Of a stretch of 64,000 nt of DNA, positions 1-8,531 are shown piece by piece. The position numbers were made by a program, and so were the translations under genes. The notes beneath the pieces are model-generated. The model did not search any database. It was not told where the DNA came from and saw nothing but the letters and a program-made list of their open reading frames with translations. Position 1 is the stretch's first letter; each line of letters starts with the position of its first letter. The stretch is from NCBI GenBank assembly GCA_017610205.1, contig JAFCCL010000001.1, forward strand, positions 58,805 through 122,804, written 5' to 3'. Source of the stretch: Candidatus Iainarchaeum sp. (GTDB taxonomy: Archaea > Iainarchaeota > Iainarchaeia > Iainarchaeales > GCA-2688035).

Positions 1-2
1 TA

Positions 3-425
3 ACAAACTACTGTCTTGCCAAAGCCAAGGAAACAAACTGTGTTTTTGCAATTGAAAACATGCCTTCAATGGCTTTTCCCCTTGTCCGCACAATTGAAGA
101 CTTTGAAAAAGCATTCACGCAATTTCCAAACCTTAAAATGCTTTTGGACGTTGGACATGCTCTTTACAGCGATTGTTTGAATCAGCTTCTTGAACACTTT
201 GCAGACAACGTATGCCAGCTTCATTTGCACATTAGCAGACCTGAGGGAATTGCTCCAAAAGCAGACGAACACAATCCTGTAACAGACGCAAAACAACTTG
301 AACCACTCAGTGCAATAAAGCAACTTAAACAAATTCCAATAATTTTTGAACACGGAATCAACATTTCAGAAGAACAAATCAAGTCAGAAAAAAGGATTCT
401 TGAAGGGTTTTTGGAAAAGAAATGA
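3..425 (+). CDS. Sugar phosphate isomerase/epimerase (xylose isomerase-like TIM barrel), 5'-partial
   Basis: Frame is open from nt 3 (TNYCLAKAKETNCVFAIENMP...). Motifs AIENM, LLDVGH, LHLH, DEH and IIFE are typical of the AP-endonuclease-2/IolE-like barrel. Confidence 0.75.
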   Translation, partial: TNYCLAKAKETNCVFAIENMPSMAFPLVRTIEDFEKAFTQFPNLKMLLDVGHALYSDCLNQLLEHFADNVCQLHLHISRPEGIAPKADEHNPVTDAKQLEPLSAIKQLKQIPIIFEHGINISEEQIKSEKRILEGFLEKK

Positions 426-485
426 CTTGCTGGTTTGCTCACCAACCACAAGAATAAAATAGTAGTTTAAATATAATTGATTTGA

Positions 486-609
486 ATGGCAGCAAAGCAA
501 CACTCATCACAAAACAGGGGTGGTAACAAACCACCTAACTATTCCATAAAGGGCGGCGCGCACCTTCTTTCTTTGCCAAAGGGCGGGTTTTATTCACAGC
601 TTCTTTTAG
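486..609 (+). pseudogene. 5' fragment of a winged-helix DNA-binding protein gene interrupted by the IS
   Basis: ATG at 486 follows a TTTAAATA box. Reads MAAKQH...SQLLL and joins in frame to 1228-1574 if 610-1227 is removed. Confidence 0.7.
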
Positions 610-702
610 CTCGTGAGCGTGAAACCCCACTACTTTAGTAGTGGGATGTGAGCGAACCACTGTTTATTTCTTTAAAGAATGAGTTTATATGCCTCGAGCG
701 GC

Positions 703-720
703 GTGGCGCTACCGCGCCAC
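703..720 (+). promoter_or_regulatory. GC-rich hairpin just upstream of the tnpA ribosome-binding site
   Basis: GTGGCGC-TACC-GCGCCAC is a perfect 7-bp stem, followed by CAGGAGG (722-728) and ATG 738. Confidence 0.5.
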
Positions 721-737
721 TCAGGAGGCGTTACGTC

Positions 738-1187
738 ATGAAAACTGATTTCGATAGACATCTGTATAGTCATAATCATATTAAAGGTTGTTGGGAGCAT
801 CACTTGGAGTGGTGTCCTAAATATAGGTTTAACGCTTTTGGAAAAGAATCAAGTAAGGCTGATATGGAGGCAATTTTGAAGCAGATTGCGACCGAGTATA
901 AGATGGTTGTTGAGGAACTTGCTGTTATACCTGATCATGTGCATATTGTAGTTAGAACAAAACCGTCTATGAGTTTGAGTAAGACAACACAGTTGCTCAA
1001 AGGTAGGAGCTCGTATGAGTTTTTCAGAAAGCATCCAAACATGCGCTTAAGATATAGGAAAGGACACTTTTGGGCACCAAGTACTTGCTATCTGACAACA
1101 GGCTCAGTGGATTTGGATAGAACAAGAGCCTATGTCAGAAACCAATCAGATGCATATCAAGCAACACTATTAAAATGGGCTAACTGA
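738..1187 (+). CDS. tnpA: IS200/IS605 family HUH (Y1) transposase TnpA
   Basis: Motifs HLEWCPKYR, HUH motif DHVH, KGRSS, FW and catalytic Tyr in AYVRNQ. RBS AGGAGG precedes ATG 738 (ORF track starts at 648). Confidence 0.93.
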   Translation: MKTDFDRHLYSHNHIKGCWEHHLEWCPKYRFNAFGKESSKADMEAILKQIATEYKMVVEELAVIPDHVHIVVRTKPSMSLSKTTQLLKGRSSYEFFRKHPNMRLRYRKGHFWAPSTCYLTTGSVDLDRTRAYVRNQSDAYQATLLKWAN

Positions 1188-1227
1188 ACCCAGCAGAAGT
1201 CACGCACTTCAGTGCGGGGAGGTTCAC

Positions 1228-1574
1228 GCGAAGAATTTCCTTTAAGTGGAAAACAAATTTGGATTAGATTAAACCGGCAGTATGGAAAAAGCATTTCTTA
1301 TCAAGCCACCCACAAAGCTTTGCAAAAAATGGTTTTTGGAGGAATTGTGGTTAAAGAAAATTACCGCTACAGTGTTTCTTTGAAGTATGTTGAGCAAATG
1401 GTTTCTTTTCTAAGGCAGTTAAGGCAGGGTTATGAAAGCGTGGAAACAGGAATTGAGCCAATTGAAAAGAAAATTTCAGAGCTGATAAAAGAAGTCAAGC
1501 ACACTAATTCTGTTTTGAATGAAGTGCACGAAACACTGCAAAAAGAAGCCCAAACTGTTTTGTGCGTGAAATGA
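1228..1574 (+). pseudogene. 3' fragment of the interrupted winged-helix protein gene
   Basis: EEFPLSGKQIWIRL...SISYQATHKALQKMVFGGIVVKENYRYSVS is an HTH-plus-wing pattern followed by a coiled coil. The track's GTG start at 1212 lies inside the IS right-end hairpin. Confidence 0.7.
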
Positions 1575-1610
1575 ATGCAGGATCCTGCTTTCCGCAATGT
1601 TTTTTTTTAC

Positions 1611-2009
1611 CTATTTTTTTTGAATTGCTGTTTCGAGTTTTTCTTTTAGGTCTTCGTTGTTTCTGTAGAAGATGATTTCTTTTATTGCAGGGCAGCCTTT
1701 TACAAGTTCTGAGACTTTGCTTTTGGCTTTGGCAATAACTATTATTGGCTTGTTTAAAACAATTGCTTCTCTTAGTTCCATTCCCTGTCCTGTTGAAGGA
1801 AGTGATTGTTCTCCAATGATTAAGTCTGCTTTTTTAATCATTTCAAAAGCCCGCTCATAGCGTTCTTCGTCTCCGCCAAAGAATTTTGCTGTGTCAATTG
1901 GAGAAAAAACCTCTATTGCAAAGGGTTTGCAGATTTCAGCAATTGTCCGATATAGTTCTTCCCCTGCACTGTCTTTGGGAAGTGCTCCAAGAATCAAAAT
2001 GTTTTTCAT
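1611..2009 (-). CDS. Nucleoside 2-deoxyribosyltransferase-like (NDT/DNPH1-type) N-glycosidase family protein
   Basis: IKKADLIIGEQSLPSTGQGMELREAIVLNKPII matches the S-x-G-x-G-x-E signature. Confidence 0.7.
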   Translation of the reverse strand: MKNILILGALPKDSAGEELYRTIAEICKPFAIEVFSPIDTAKFFGGDEERYERAFEMIKKADLIIGEQSLPSTGQGMELREAIVLNKPIIVIAKAKSKVSELVKGCPAIKEIIFYRNNEDLKEKLETAIQKK

Positions 2010-2077
2010 TGAAGAAAATAAGGCGTTTACTCTTTTTAAAGCGTTTACTTTGCCGGCAAAACAAAATTGCCGTTGTT

Positions 2078-2446
2078 TTATGCGCTTGCAAATTTTATTT
2101 CAAGCGATTTGAACATTGGTTTCAGGTATACCTCTCTTTTTTTCTTGATTTTTTTAATCATCTTGTGCATTGCAAGAAAAGAGGCGTCCCTGCTTATTGC
2201 TTCCTGTTTTCGCCCAAGTTCTCTGGCCAACTCACCAACTGTTTTTTTCTCAGACTGGTATTTGATTAAACGCCTGAGCAATTCAAGCCTTTGAGGGGAA
2301 AGCAGTCTGTAAAGGTCTTCACCTGTGTCCAAAAAGAGAGTGTGAGTGTTTGAATAAGAATACTTTTTTGGGTTATCAAAGACATCCTTAAGCTCTTTTC
2401 TCTTGTCAGCCCCAATTTTTATCACAAGTTTTTCCATCTTTGCCAC
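2078..2446 (-). CDS. HTH transcriptional regulator, putative antitoxin (COG4190/HVO_A0114-like)
   Basis: LYRLLSPQRLELLR...TVGELARELGRKQEAISRDASFL...KP pattern; lies directly downstream of a toxin-like gene. Confidence 0.65.
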   Translation of the reverse strand: MAKMEKLVIKIGADKRKELKDVFDNPKKYSYSNTHTLFLDTGEDLYRLLSPQRLELLRRLIKYQSEKKTVGELARELGRKQEAISRDASFLAMHKMIKKIKKKREVYLKPMFKSLEIKFASA

Positions 2447-2453
2447 CTGTTAA

Positions 2454-2476
2454 TATATAACGCCAAAGGTTATATA
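2454..2476. promoter_or_regulatory. Inverted repeat overlapping the TATA box of the HTH gene (putative operator)
   Basis: TATATAAC-N7-GTTATATA, a perfect 8-bp inverted repeat in the 36-nt spacer. Confidence 0.55.
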
Positions 2477-2482
2477 AACTTG

Positions 2483-2812
2483 TTATTTTTCCAAAAACTT
2501 TAGTCTGTAAAGCCTCCAGTTCTTTTCTATCTTTTTAGCCAATTCATCCATTGTTTCAAAACTTTTACTTTTATTTATTATTCTCTTTTCAACAGGTTTT
2601 CTGTAGAATTGGTGTATGTGTACTTCTTCTCGTTTGGAACAATCATAGCGTACTATTTCGGTTGGATTGTCGCTAAAAAAAGTACAATAACTAATAGAAA
2701 ACTCTTCAAGACTTTTTCCATCGGGTGTAAAAACAAACCGAATAAAAATAATATTTTCCTGTGAATTATCCAAAAACCAATTATAGTTCTTTTGCCTCTC
2801 CTTTTCCACCAT
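2483..2812 (-). CDS. Putative toxin, DUF6516/TumE-like small protein
   Basis: 109 aa with EIVRYDCS...HIH motif; paired with the HTH gene. Confidence 0.5.
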   Translation of the reverse strand: MVEKERQKNYNWFLDNSQENIIFIRFVFTPDGKSLEEFSISYCTFFSDNPTEIVRYDCSKREEVHIHQFYRKPVEKRIINKSKSFETMDELAKKIEKNWRLYRLKFLEK

Positions 2813-2975
2813 TAAAAACAGCCCTTTGAATACTTGTTTTTGGTCTTTAAATTCGCTTTGAGAGTGGATTTCCGATGAAATTCACAAACCAGATATTCTT
2901 TCTTCCTAATACATTCATCAAAAAAATACCCTTTTTAACTGTTTTTGCTTTTTGTCCTTTTAAGGGTGATAAAAA

Positions 2976-4277
2976 GTGAAGATTGCAGTAATTGGAACAG
3001 GTTACGTTGGTCTTGTTGCAGGTACTTGTTTTGCTGACATGGGACACGACGTGATATGCGTTGACATTGACGAGGAAAAGATAAAAGTGCTAAACGAGGG
3101 AAAGGTGCCTATTTACGAACCAGGTTTAGAAGAGCTAATTGCAAAAAACAAGGCAAAGATTGTTTTTACAACCGATTTTGATGATGCTGTAAGGAAAAGC
3201 GAGGTTGTATTTATTGCTGTTGGAACTCCTCCAAAGCCAAACGGCGGAGCTGACTTAAGCTATGTTGAAAATGTTGCACGCGGAATTGCTGTAGCGGCAA
3301 AAAAGCCAAAGATTGTGGTGGAAAAAAGCACTGTTCCTGTTCAAACCTGTGAAAGGATAATTCAGGTACTGGACTGCAATAATGGGGATGGAAATGGAAA
3401 CGGTGTAAAACACACTGTTGTAAGCAATCCGGAATTTTTAAGGGAAGGAAGTGCTGTTGTGGATTTTTTAAAGCCTGACAGAGTTGTAATCGGAACAGAC
3501 AACGAAAAGGCAAGGAATGCAATGGAAGAATTGTATGCTCCACTGAAAGCAGAAATGGTTTTTACAGATATTAAAAGCGCTGAATTAATAAAGCACGCAA
3601 GCAACAGTTTTCTTGCAGCAAAAATAAGCTTTATTAATTCTGTTGCAAACGTTTGTGAAAAGACGGGTGCAGACATTGAAATGGTTGCAAAAGGAATGGG
3701 GCTGGACAAAAGAATTGGCCCAAGCTTTTTGAACGCAGGAATTGGCTACGGCGGATTCTGCTTTCCAAAAGACGTTGAAGCATTTATTGCAATCTCTGAA
3801 AAAAACGGCTACGATTTTAAGATTTTAAAAGAAGTGCAGGATGTAAACAAGTTTCAAAAAGAAAACTTTGTAAAAACCGTTGAAGATGCCTTGTGGAATT
3901 TAAACGGCAAAACAATCGGAATTCTAGGGCTTGCATTTAAACCAAATACTGATGACATGAGGTTTGCTCCAAGCATTGACATTGTAAACGCTTTGCTGAA
4001 AGAAGGTGCAAAAGTAAAAGCGTTTGACCCAGAGGCAATGGAGCGGGCAAAAACAATTTTTGGAGACAAAATAGAGTACTGCAAGGACAAGTACGAGGTT
4101 GCAGAACAAGCAGACGCAGTGCTATTTTTAACCGAGTGGAAGCAGTTTGTGGAAATTGATTTGGACAAAATGAAAAAGTCAATGAAGCAATTTTTTGTTT
4201 TTGACGGAAGAAACATTTTTAAGCCAAAGGCAATGAGGGCAAAGGGATTCAAATACGAAAGCATTGGAAGGCTTTGA
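2976..4277 (+). CDS. ugd: UDP-glucose 6-dehydrogenase
   Basis: GTGYVG, PIYEPGL, AVGTP, EKSTVP, SNPEFLREG, GYGGFCFPKD, GLAFKPNTDD, DGRN. Confidence 0.93.
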   Translation: MKIAVIGTGYVGLVAGTCFADMGHDVICVDIDEEKIKVLNEGKVPIYEPGLEELIAKNKAKIVFTTDFDDAVRKSEVVFIAVGTPPKPNGGADLSYVENVARGIAVAAKKPKIVVEKSTVPVQTCERIIQVLDCNNGDGNGNGVKHTVVSNPEFLREGSAVVDFLKPDRVVIGTDNEKARNAMEELYAPLKAEMVFTDIKSAELIKHASNSFLAAKISFINSVANVCEKTGADIEMVAKGMGLDKRIGPSFLNAGIGYGGFCFPKDVEAFIAISEKNGYDFKILKEVQDVNKFQKENFVKTVEDALWNLNGKTIGILGLAFKPNTDDMRFAPSIDIVNALLKEGAKVKAFDPEAMERAKTIFGDKIEYCKDKYEVAEQADAVLFLTEWKQFVEIDLDKMKKSMKQFFVFDGRNIFKPKAMRAKGFKYESIGRL

Positions 4278-4325
4278 ATGTTGGAATGGTTTGAAAGTGT
4301 GGTAAATGTTTAAGGGGCTGTTTAA

Positions 4326-5063
4326 ATGAAGGTAATTATTCCTGTTGCAGGTTATGCAACAAGGCTTTATCCGCTTACTGAAAACAAGCCAAAGGCATTG
4401 CTTGAAGTAAAAGGCAGTCCAATAATTGAACACATTGTAAAAAGAATTGAGGAACTGCCTGAAGTAAGCGAAATTTTTGTTGTAAGCAATGACAAATACT
4501 TTCAAAATTTTGAACAATGGCAAAAGGGCTTTTCAGGCAGTGTTCCAGTAAAGGTTTTGAACGACGGAACAAAAAGCAACGACGACAGGCTTGGGCAAAT
4601 TGGAGACATTGAGTTTGCAATTAGAGAATTTGGTTCTGAAGAGGATTTGCTTGTAATTGCAGGAGACAATTTGTTCAATTTTGGTCTTGCTCCTGTTTAC
4701 AATTTTTTTAAGGAAAAAAATGAAATTGTAAACGCATTGTACGACATTAATGATTTGGAGGCAGCAAAGCACCTTGGAGTAATGTCAATTGACAAGGAAA
4801 CAGGTCTTGTTGTTTCATTTGAAGAAAAGCCAGAGGAACCAAAGAGTACAAATGTTTCGCTTGGAATTTATTTTTTTCCAAAGGAAAAACTTTGTGAATT
4901 TAAGGCCTTTTTGGACAACGGAGGAACTGCTGACAAGATTGGTTATCTTATGGCAGAGCTTACTCAAAAGAAAAAGCTTTTTGGTTTTGTTTACTCTGAA
5001 AAATGGTTTGACATCGGTGTTTTGCCTGCTTTGGAGAAAGCAAGAAAGGAATTTGAGCCATAA
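4326..5063 (+). CDS. Sugar-1-phosphate nucleotidyltransferase (NTP_transferase family)
   Basis: PVAGYATRLYPLT, KPKALL, AGDN, FEEKP, WFDIG. Confidence 0.85.
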   Translation: MKVIIPVAGYATRLYPLTENKPKALLEVKGSPIIEHIVKRIEELPEVSEIFVVSNDKYFQNFEQWQKGFSGSVPVKVLNDGTKSNDDRLGQIGDIEFAIREFGSEEDLLVIAGDNLFNFGLAPVYNFFKEKNEIVNALYDINDLEAAKHLGVMSIDKETGLVVSFEEKPEEPKSTNVSLGIYFFPKEKLCEFKAFLDNGGTADKIGYLMAELTQKKKLFGFVYSEKWFDIGVLPALEKARKEFEP

Positions 5064-5143
5064 GGCAAGTGCTTTAGTTTGAGTCGTTTGGCAATCAGAT
5101 ACTTTAAATAGTTTTTATTACTTCATTTATCAGGTGTTCTGAT

Positions 5144-6079
5144 TTGAAAACAGCTGTTGTAACAGGCGGAGCAGGTTTTATTGGAAGCCATTTGTGTGAA
5201 GTTCTTATTGAAAAAGGCAACAGGGTAATATGCGTTGACAACCTTGTTACCGGAAGCAAACTAAACATTTCTCATCTGCTTAAAAGAAAGAGTTTCAGGT
5301 TTGTAAAGCACGATATTACAAAACCACTGAAAGTAAAAGGACAGGTTGACAGAATATTTAACCTTGCAAGTCCTGCTTCTCCAAAAGACTTTTCAAGAAT
5401 TCCTGTGGAAATAATGATGACAAATTCTTTGGGAACAAAAAACATGCTTGATTTGGCTGTTGAAAAAAAGGCGATGTTTTTGGAAACCTCTACAAGTGAA
5501 GTTTACGGGCAGCCATTAGAGCATCCGCAGAAGGAAACCTATTTGGGAAATGTGAACACAATTGGTGAAAGAAGCTGTTATGACGAAAGCAAGAGGTTTG
5601 CAGAAGCACTTGTTTACTCCTATGCAAGAAAAACAGGGATTGAAACAAGGACTGCGAGAATTTTCAACACTTACGGTCCAAGAATGGGGCTTGATGATGG
5701 AAGGGTTACTCCGAATTTCATAATGCAGGCGCTTGAAGGAAAACTTCTTACAATTTACGGAAACGGAAAGCAAACAAGGTCTTTTTGCTTTGTAACCGAC
5801 ATGGTTGCAGGATTAATTGCCTTAATGGAATCAGATTACAGCAAGCCTGTGAACCTTGGCAACCCGCACGAAATGACTGTAAAAGAATTTGCAGAAGCGG
5901 TTTTAAAAATTTCAAAAAGCAAAAGCAGTCTGTCTTTTACAAAGCTTCCGGAAGACGATCCTGCAAGAAGAAAGCCTGATATTTCACTTGCAAAAAAAAA
6001 GCTTGGGTGGGCTCCGAAAGTAGGGCTTGAAGAAGGGCTTGCAAAAACAATTGAATGGTTTAAGCAACAAAACAGTTGA
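5144..6079 (+). CDS. uxs: UDP-glucuronate decarboxylase (UDP-xylose synthase), SDR
   Basis: [63 protein letters not shown]. Confidence 0.88.
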   Translation: MKTAVVTGGAGFIGSHLCEVLIEKGNRVICVDNLVTGSKLNISHLLKRKSFRFVKHDITKPLKVKGQVDRIFNLASPASPKDFSRIPVEIMMTNSLGTKNMLDLAVEKKAMFLETSTSEVYGQPLEHPQKETYLGNVNTIGERSCYDESKRFAEALVYSYARKTGIETRTARIFNTYGPRMGLDDGRVTPNFIMQALEGKLLTIYGNGKQTRSFCFVTDMVAGLIALMESDYSKPVNLGNPHEMTVKEFAEAVLKISKSKSSLSFTKLPEDDPARRKPDISLAKKKLGWAPKVGLEEGLAKTIEWFKQQNS

Positions 6080-6119
6080 ATGGTTTTAATTGGCAAAAGC
6101 ACTGGTTGTGTTAATTTTT

Positions 6120-7073
6120 ATGAAATATGTAAAATATCTTGGTCTGATAGGGCTTGCGGTTTTTGTTTATATTATTTGGTCAATTGGAATTGATAACCTT
6201 GTTCAAAGTTTTTCTCAATTAGATCCGGTGCTTTTTGCGCTTGCTTTGCTGATTACGATTCCGTCAGTTTTGCTCAAAGCATACAAGCAATCGCTTTTAG
6301 TAAATGGTTTTGGAGCAAAGCTTGGCATTATAGATTCTGCAAGAATCTGGCTTATTGGATTTTTCTTTTCAATTATTACTCCTGGCAAATCAGGTGATGC
6401 AATCAAATGTGTTTACTTTTCTGACAAAACATCTGTAAGCACTGGCAAAGGTCTTTTGGCTGTTGTTGTTGAGCGCTTTTTTGATGTGGCAGTTCTTTTT
6501 GCATTGGCTCTCTTAGGACTTTTTGTGATTTCCTCTTATTTGATTCTTGACGTTGACCTTTTCATACCGCTACTTGCAATATTTTTAGTTTTCCTTGCAG
6601 TTGCATACCTTTTGACAAAAAAAAACCTTGTTTTTGTTGTCTTCAAACCATTTTACAGATTTTTTATTCCAAAAAGGTTTAATGAAAAAATAAAAGGCGG
6701 GCTTGATGAATTTTTTGACGGAATAAAAATTTACAAGTCAAAAAAAGGGCTGATGCTTAAAGCAGGCCTTCTTACTGTTTTGTTATGGGTTATTGCAGCG
6801 ATTCAGTATTATATTCTTGCACTGTCGTTGAACATTCCAATTTCTTTTGAATACCTTTTCATTATAATGCCAATAGTGAACCTTTTGGGAATTTTGCCGA
6901 TTGCGTTTAATGGAATTGGAACAAGGGAAATTTCGTTGGTGTTCTTCTTTGCTCTTGTTTCATTGCCTGCAAGCACAGCGGTTTCTTTTTCATTGCTTGT
7001 GTTCTTTTTAACCCTAATCCTTGGTGGTGCAGGATTTATTTTAACACTTGGAGAAAAAAAGAAAATGTTTTAA
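6120..7073 (+). CDS. UPF0104 / lysylphosphatidylglycerol-synthase TM (flippase-like) membrane protein
   Basis: Multi-TM; ITPGKSGD, VERFFD, LPIAFNGIGTRE. Confidence 0.8.
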   Translation: MKYVKYLGLIGLAVFVYIIWSIGIDNLVQSFSQLDPVLFALALLITIPSVLLKAYKQSLLVNGFGAKLGIIDSARIWLIGFFFSIITPGKSGDAIKCVYFSDKTSVSTGKGLLAVVVERFFDVAVLFALALLGLFVISSYLILDVDLFIPLLAIFLVFLAVAYLLTKKNLVFVVFKPFYRFFIPKRFNEKIKGGLDEFFDGIKIYKSKKGLMLKAGLLTVLLWVIAAIQYYILALSLNIPISFEYLFIIMPIVNLLGILPIAFNGIGTREISLVFFFALVSLPASTAVSFSLLVFFLTLILGGAGFILTLGEKKKMF

Positions 7074-7630
7074 AAAACTGGTTTGATCTTTGTACCGGTC
7101 TTCTTTCTAAATTTTATAATATCTGTAAGACCCCAGATTGTTTTTTCTTTCTCGACTTCAAAAAGGTCTTCAAACAGTTTTTTCCATTCTTTTTTTGTGT
7201 GAATGTTTATGTGGTCTTCTTTGAATGAAGAACCTGCTATGTTTGTGAAAAAAAACCAGACTGTCTGTGCAAAAAACGAGCCACTAAAGGAAGAAAATAC
7301 AAAAACGCCGTCTTTCTTTAGTACTCTGTATATTTCTTTTTTTGCATTCTTAAGATTTGAAATGTGTTCAAATATTTCTGTGGCAACAATAGCATCAAAT
7401 GTTTCGTCTGGAAAAGGGATGTTTTCAACTGAACCCTTTTTAAAATCAAAACTTTTGTCTTCACAATCCTTAATATCCAACCCGGTTCCTCTTCCTAGAA
7501 TTTTAATGAAAGAGCCATCGCTCATTGTTTTGCAAGGTTTGCAACAACCTATATCCAAAACCCTTTCTTTTGAACCCACAAATTCAGCCGCTGTCATATA
7601 TCTTTTCCTGTGCCAAATTTCCCTTATCAT
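7070..7630 (-). CDS. Class I SAM-dependent methyltransferase
   Basis: VLDIGC, GLDI, IPFPDETFDAIVATEIFEHI, EIYRVLKKDG. Confidence 0.85.
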   Translation of the reverse strand: MIREIWHRKRYMTAAEFVGSKERVLDIGCCKPCKTMSDGSFIKILGRGTGLDIKDCEDKSFDFKKGSVENIPFPDETFDAIVATEIFEHISNLKNAKKEIYRVLKKDGVFVFSSFSGSFFAQTVWFFFTNIAGSSFKEDHINIHTKKEWKKLFEDLFEVEKEKTIWGLTDIIKFRKKTGTKIKPVF

Positions 7631-7652
7631 AAAATCACAACTCTAACAGTTT

Positions 7653-8363
7653 TTATTTTTCCGAAACAAGTATTGCCTTAAGTTTTAACAAACCAACGAA
7701 CATTTTCACATTACTTATGCCCAATATCATCTTAGCTTCACCCACATGTTTCCATGTTATTGGAATGACGCCTATTTCAATACCTTCTTTTTTTGCACGG
7801 GCAAACAATTCCACATCAAAAATCCATCGTTCTGAAACAAGTTTTTTCGCAATTTTTCTTCCAGTTTCTTTACGAAATCCTTTAAATCCGCAAAGCGAAT
7901 CATTTATTCCTGTATTAAAAATTATTAAAACAAGGCGGTTGAAAACTTTTCCCGCTATAATTCTTTGAAACGGTTGTTTTCTTATTATCTTACTTTTTTT
8001 ACTTGCTCTGGTGCCTGTTACAAACTCGTATTTTTTAAGTGCTTCAATCATTTTTGGTAATTCGGACGGTGAAGTTGAACCGTCTGCATCCATAAACACT
8101 ACAAAATCGGATTTGGCTGCAAGTAATCCTTTTTTTACGGCATAACCCTTACCTTTGTTTGTCTTGTAAGAAATTATCCTTATACGCTTTCCAAATACCT
8201 CAAGTTTTTTAAGCGTCTTGTCAGTACTGCCATCGTTCACTACTAATATTTCTTTCAAAACATGGTTCTTTTTTTTGAATGCTTCAAGGTCGGAAAGAAA
8301 AGAAACAATTCTATTTTCTTCATTGTAGGCCGGAACTATTACTGTAAGTGTCTTCGAAGCCAT
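7653..8363 (-). CDS. GT2 polyprenyl/dolichyl-phosphate glycosyltransferase (ALG5/DPG synthase-like)
   Basis: VPAYNEE, VNDGSTD, GKGYAV, FMDADGS, DSLCGFK, WIFDVEL. Track start is 8375. Confidence 0.88.
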   Translation of the reverse strand: MASKTLTVIVPAYNEENRIVSFLSDLEAFKKKNHVLKEILVVNDGSTDKTLKKLEVFGKRIRIISYKTNKGKGYAVKKGLLAAKSDFVVFMDADGSTSPSELPKMIEALKKYEFVTGTRASKKSKIIRKQPFQRIIAGKVFNRLVLIIFNTGINDSLCGFKGFRKETGRKIAKKLVSERWIFDVELFARAKKEGIEIGVIPITWKHVGEAKMILGISNVKMFVGLLKLKAILVSEK

Positions 8364-8531
8364 ATAAATTACCAACTTTGTCTATCGCAAAAACAGAAGC
8401 GAACGCAACCGAATTTAATAATCTGCTATTGTTTTTTTAAATATATCCAACTGTCTTCGGAAAACATTCGGTCCGTTGAAAAGTTAATCTTACGTTAAAA
8501 ATTAAAACACTTACTAAAACAATTACCTTTA

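Larger units (their letters stand above)
610..1227 (+). mobile_element. IS200/IS605-family insertion sequence, tnpA-only, 618 bp
   Basis: Left hairpin CCCACTACT-TT-AGTAGTGGG (626-645), right hairpin CGCACT-TC-AGTGCG (1203-1216), right end ...GGTTCAC. Preceded by TTAG, no target duplication, contains an HUH transposase. Confidence 0.85.

Noticed and set aside
648-737. N-terminal extension of TnpA from GTG 648
   Set aside because: It overlaps the IS left-end and leader structures; the RBS supports ATG 738.
1212-1574. Track ORF as an independent gene or a TnpB/cargo of the IS
   Set aside because: Its GTG is inside the IS right-end hairpin, it has no RuvC or zinc-finger motifs, and it is better explained as the 3' part of the interrupted gene.
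3378-3405. Asn/Gly-rich insert (NNGDGNGNG) in Ugd
   Set aside because: Short in-frame low-complexity loop with no evidence of function.
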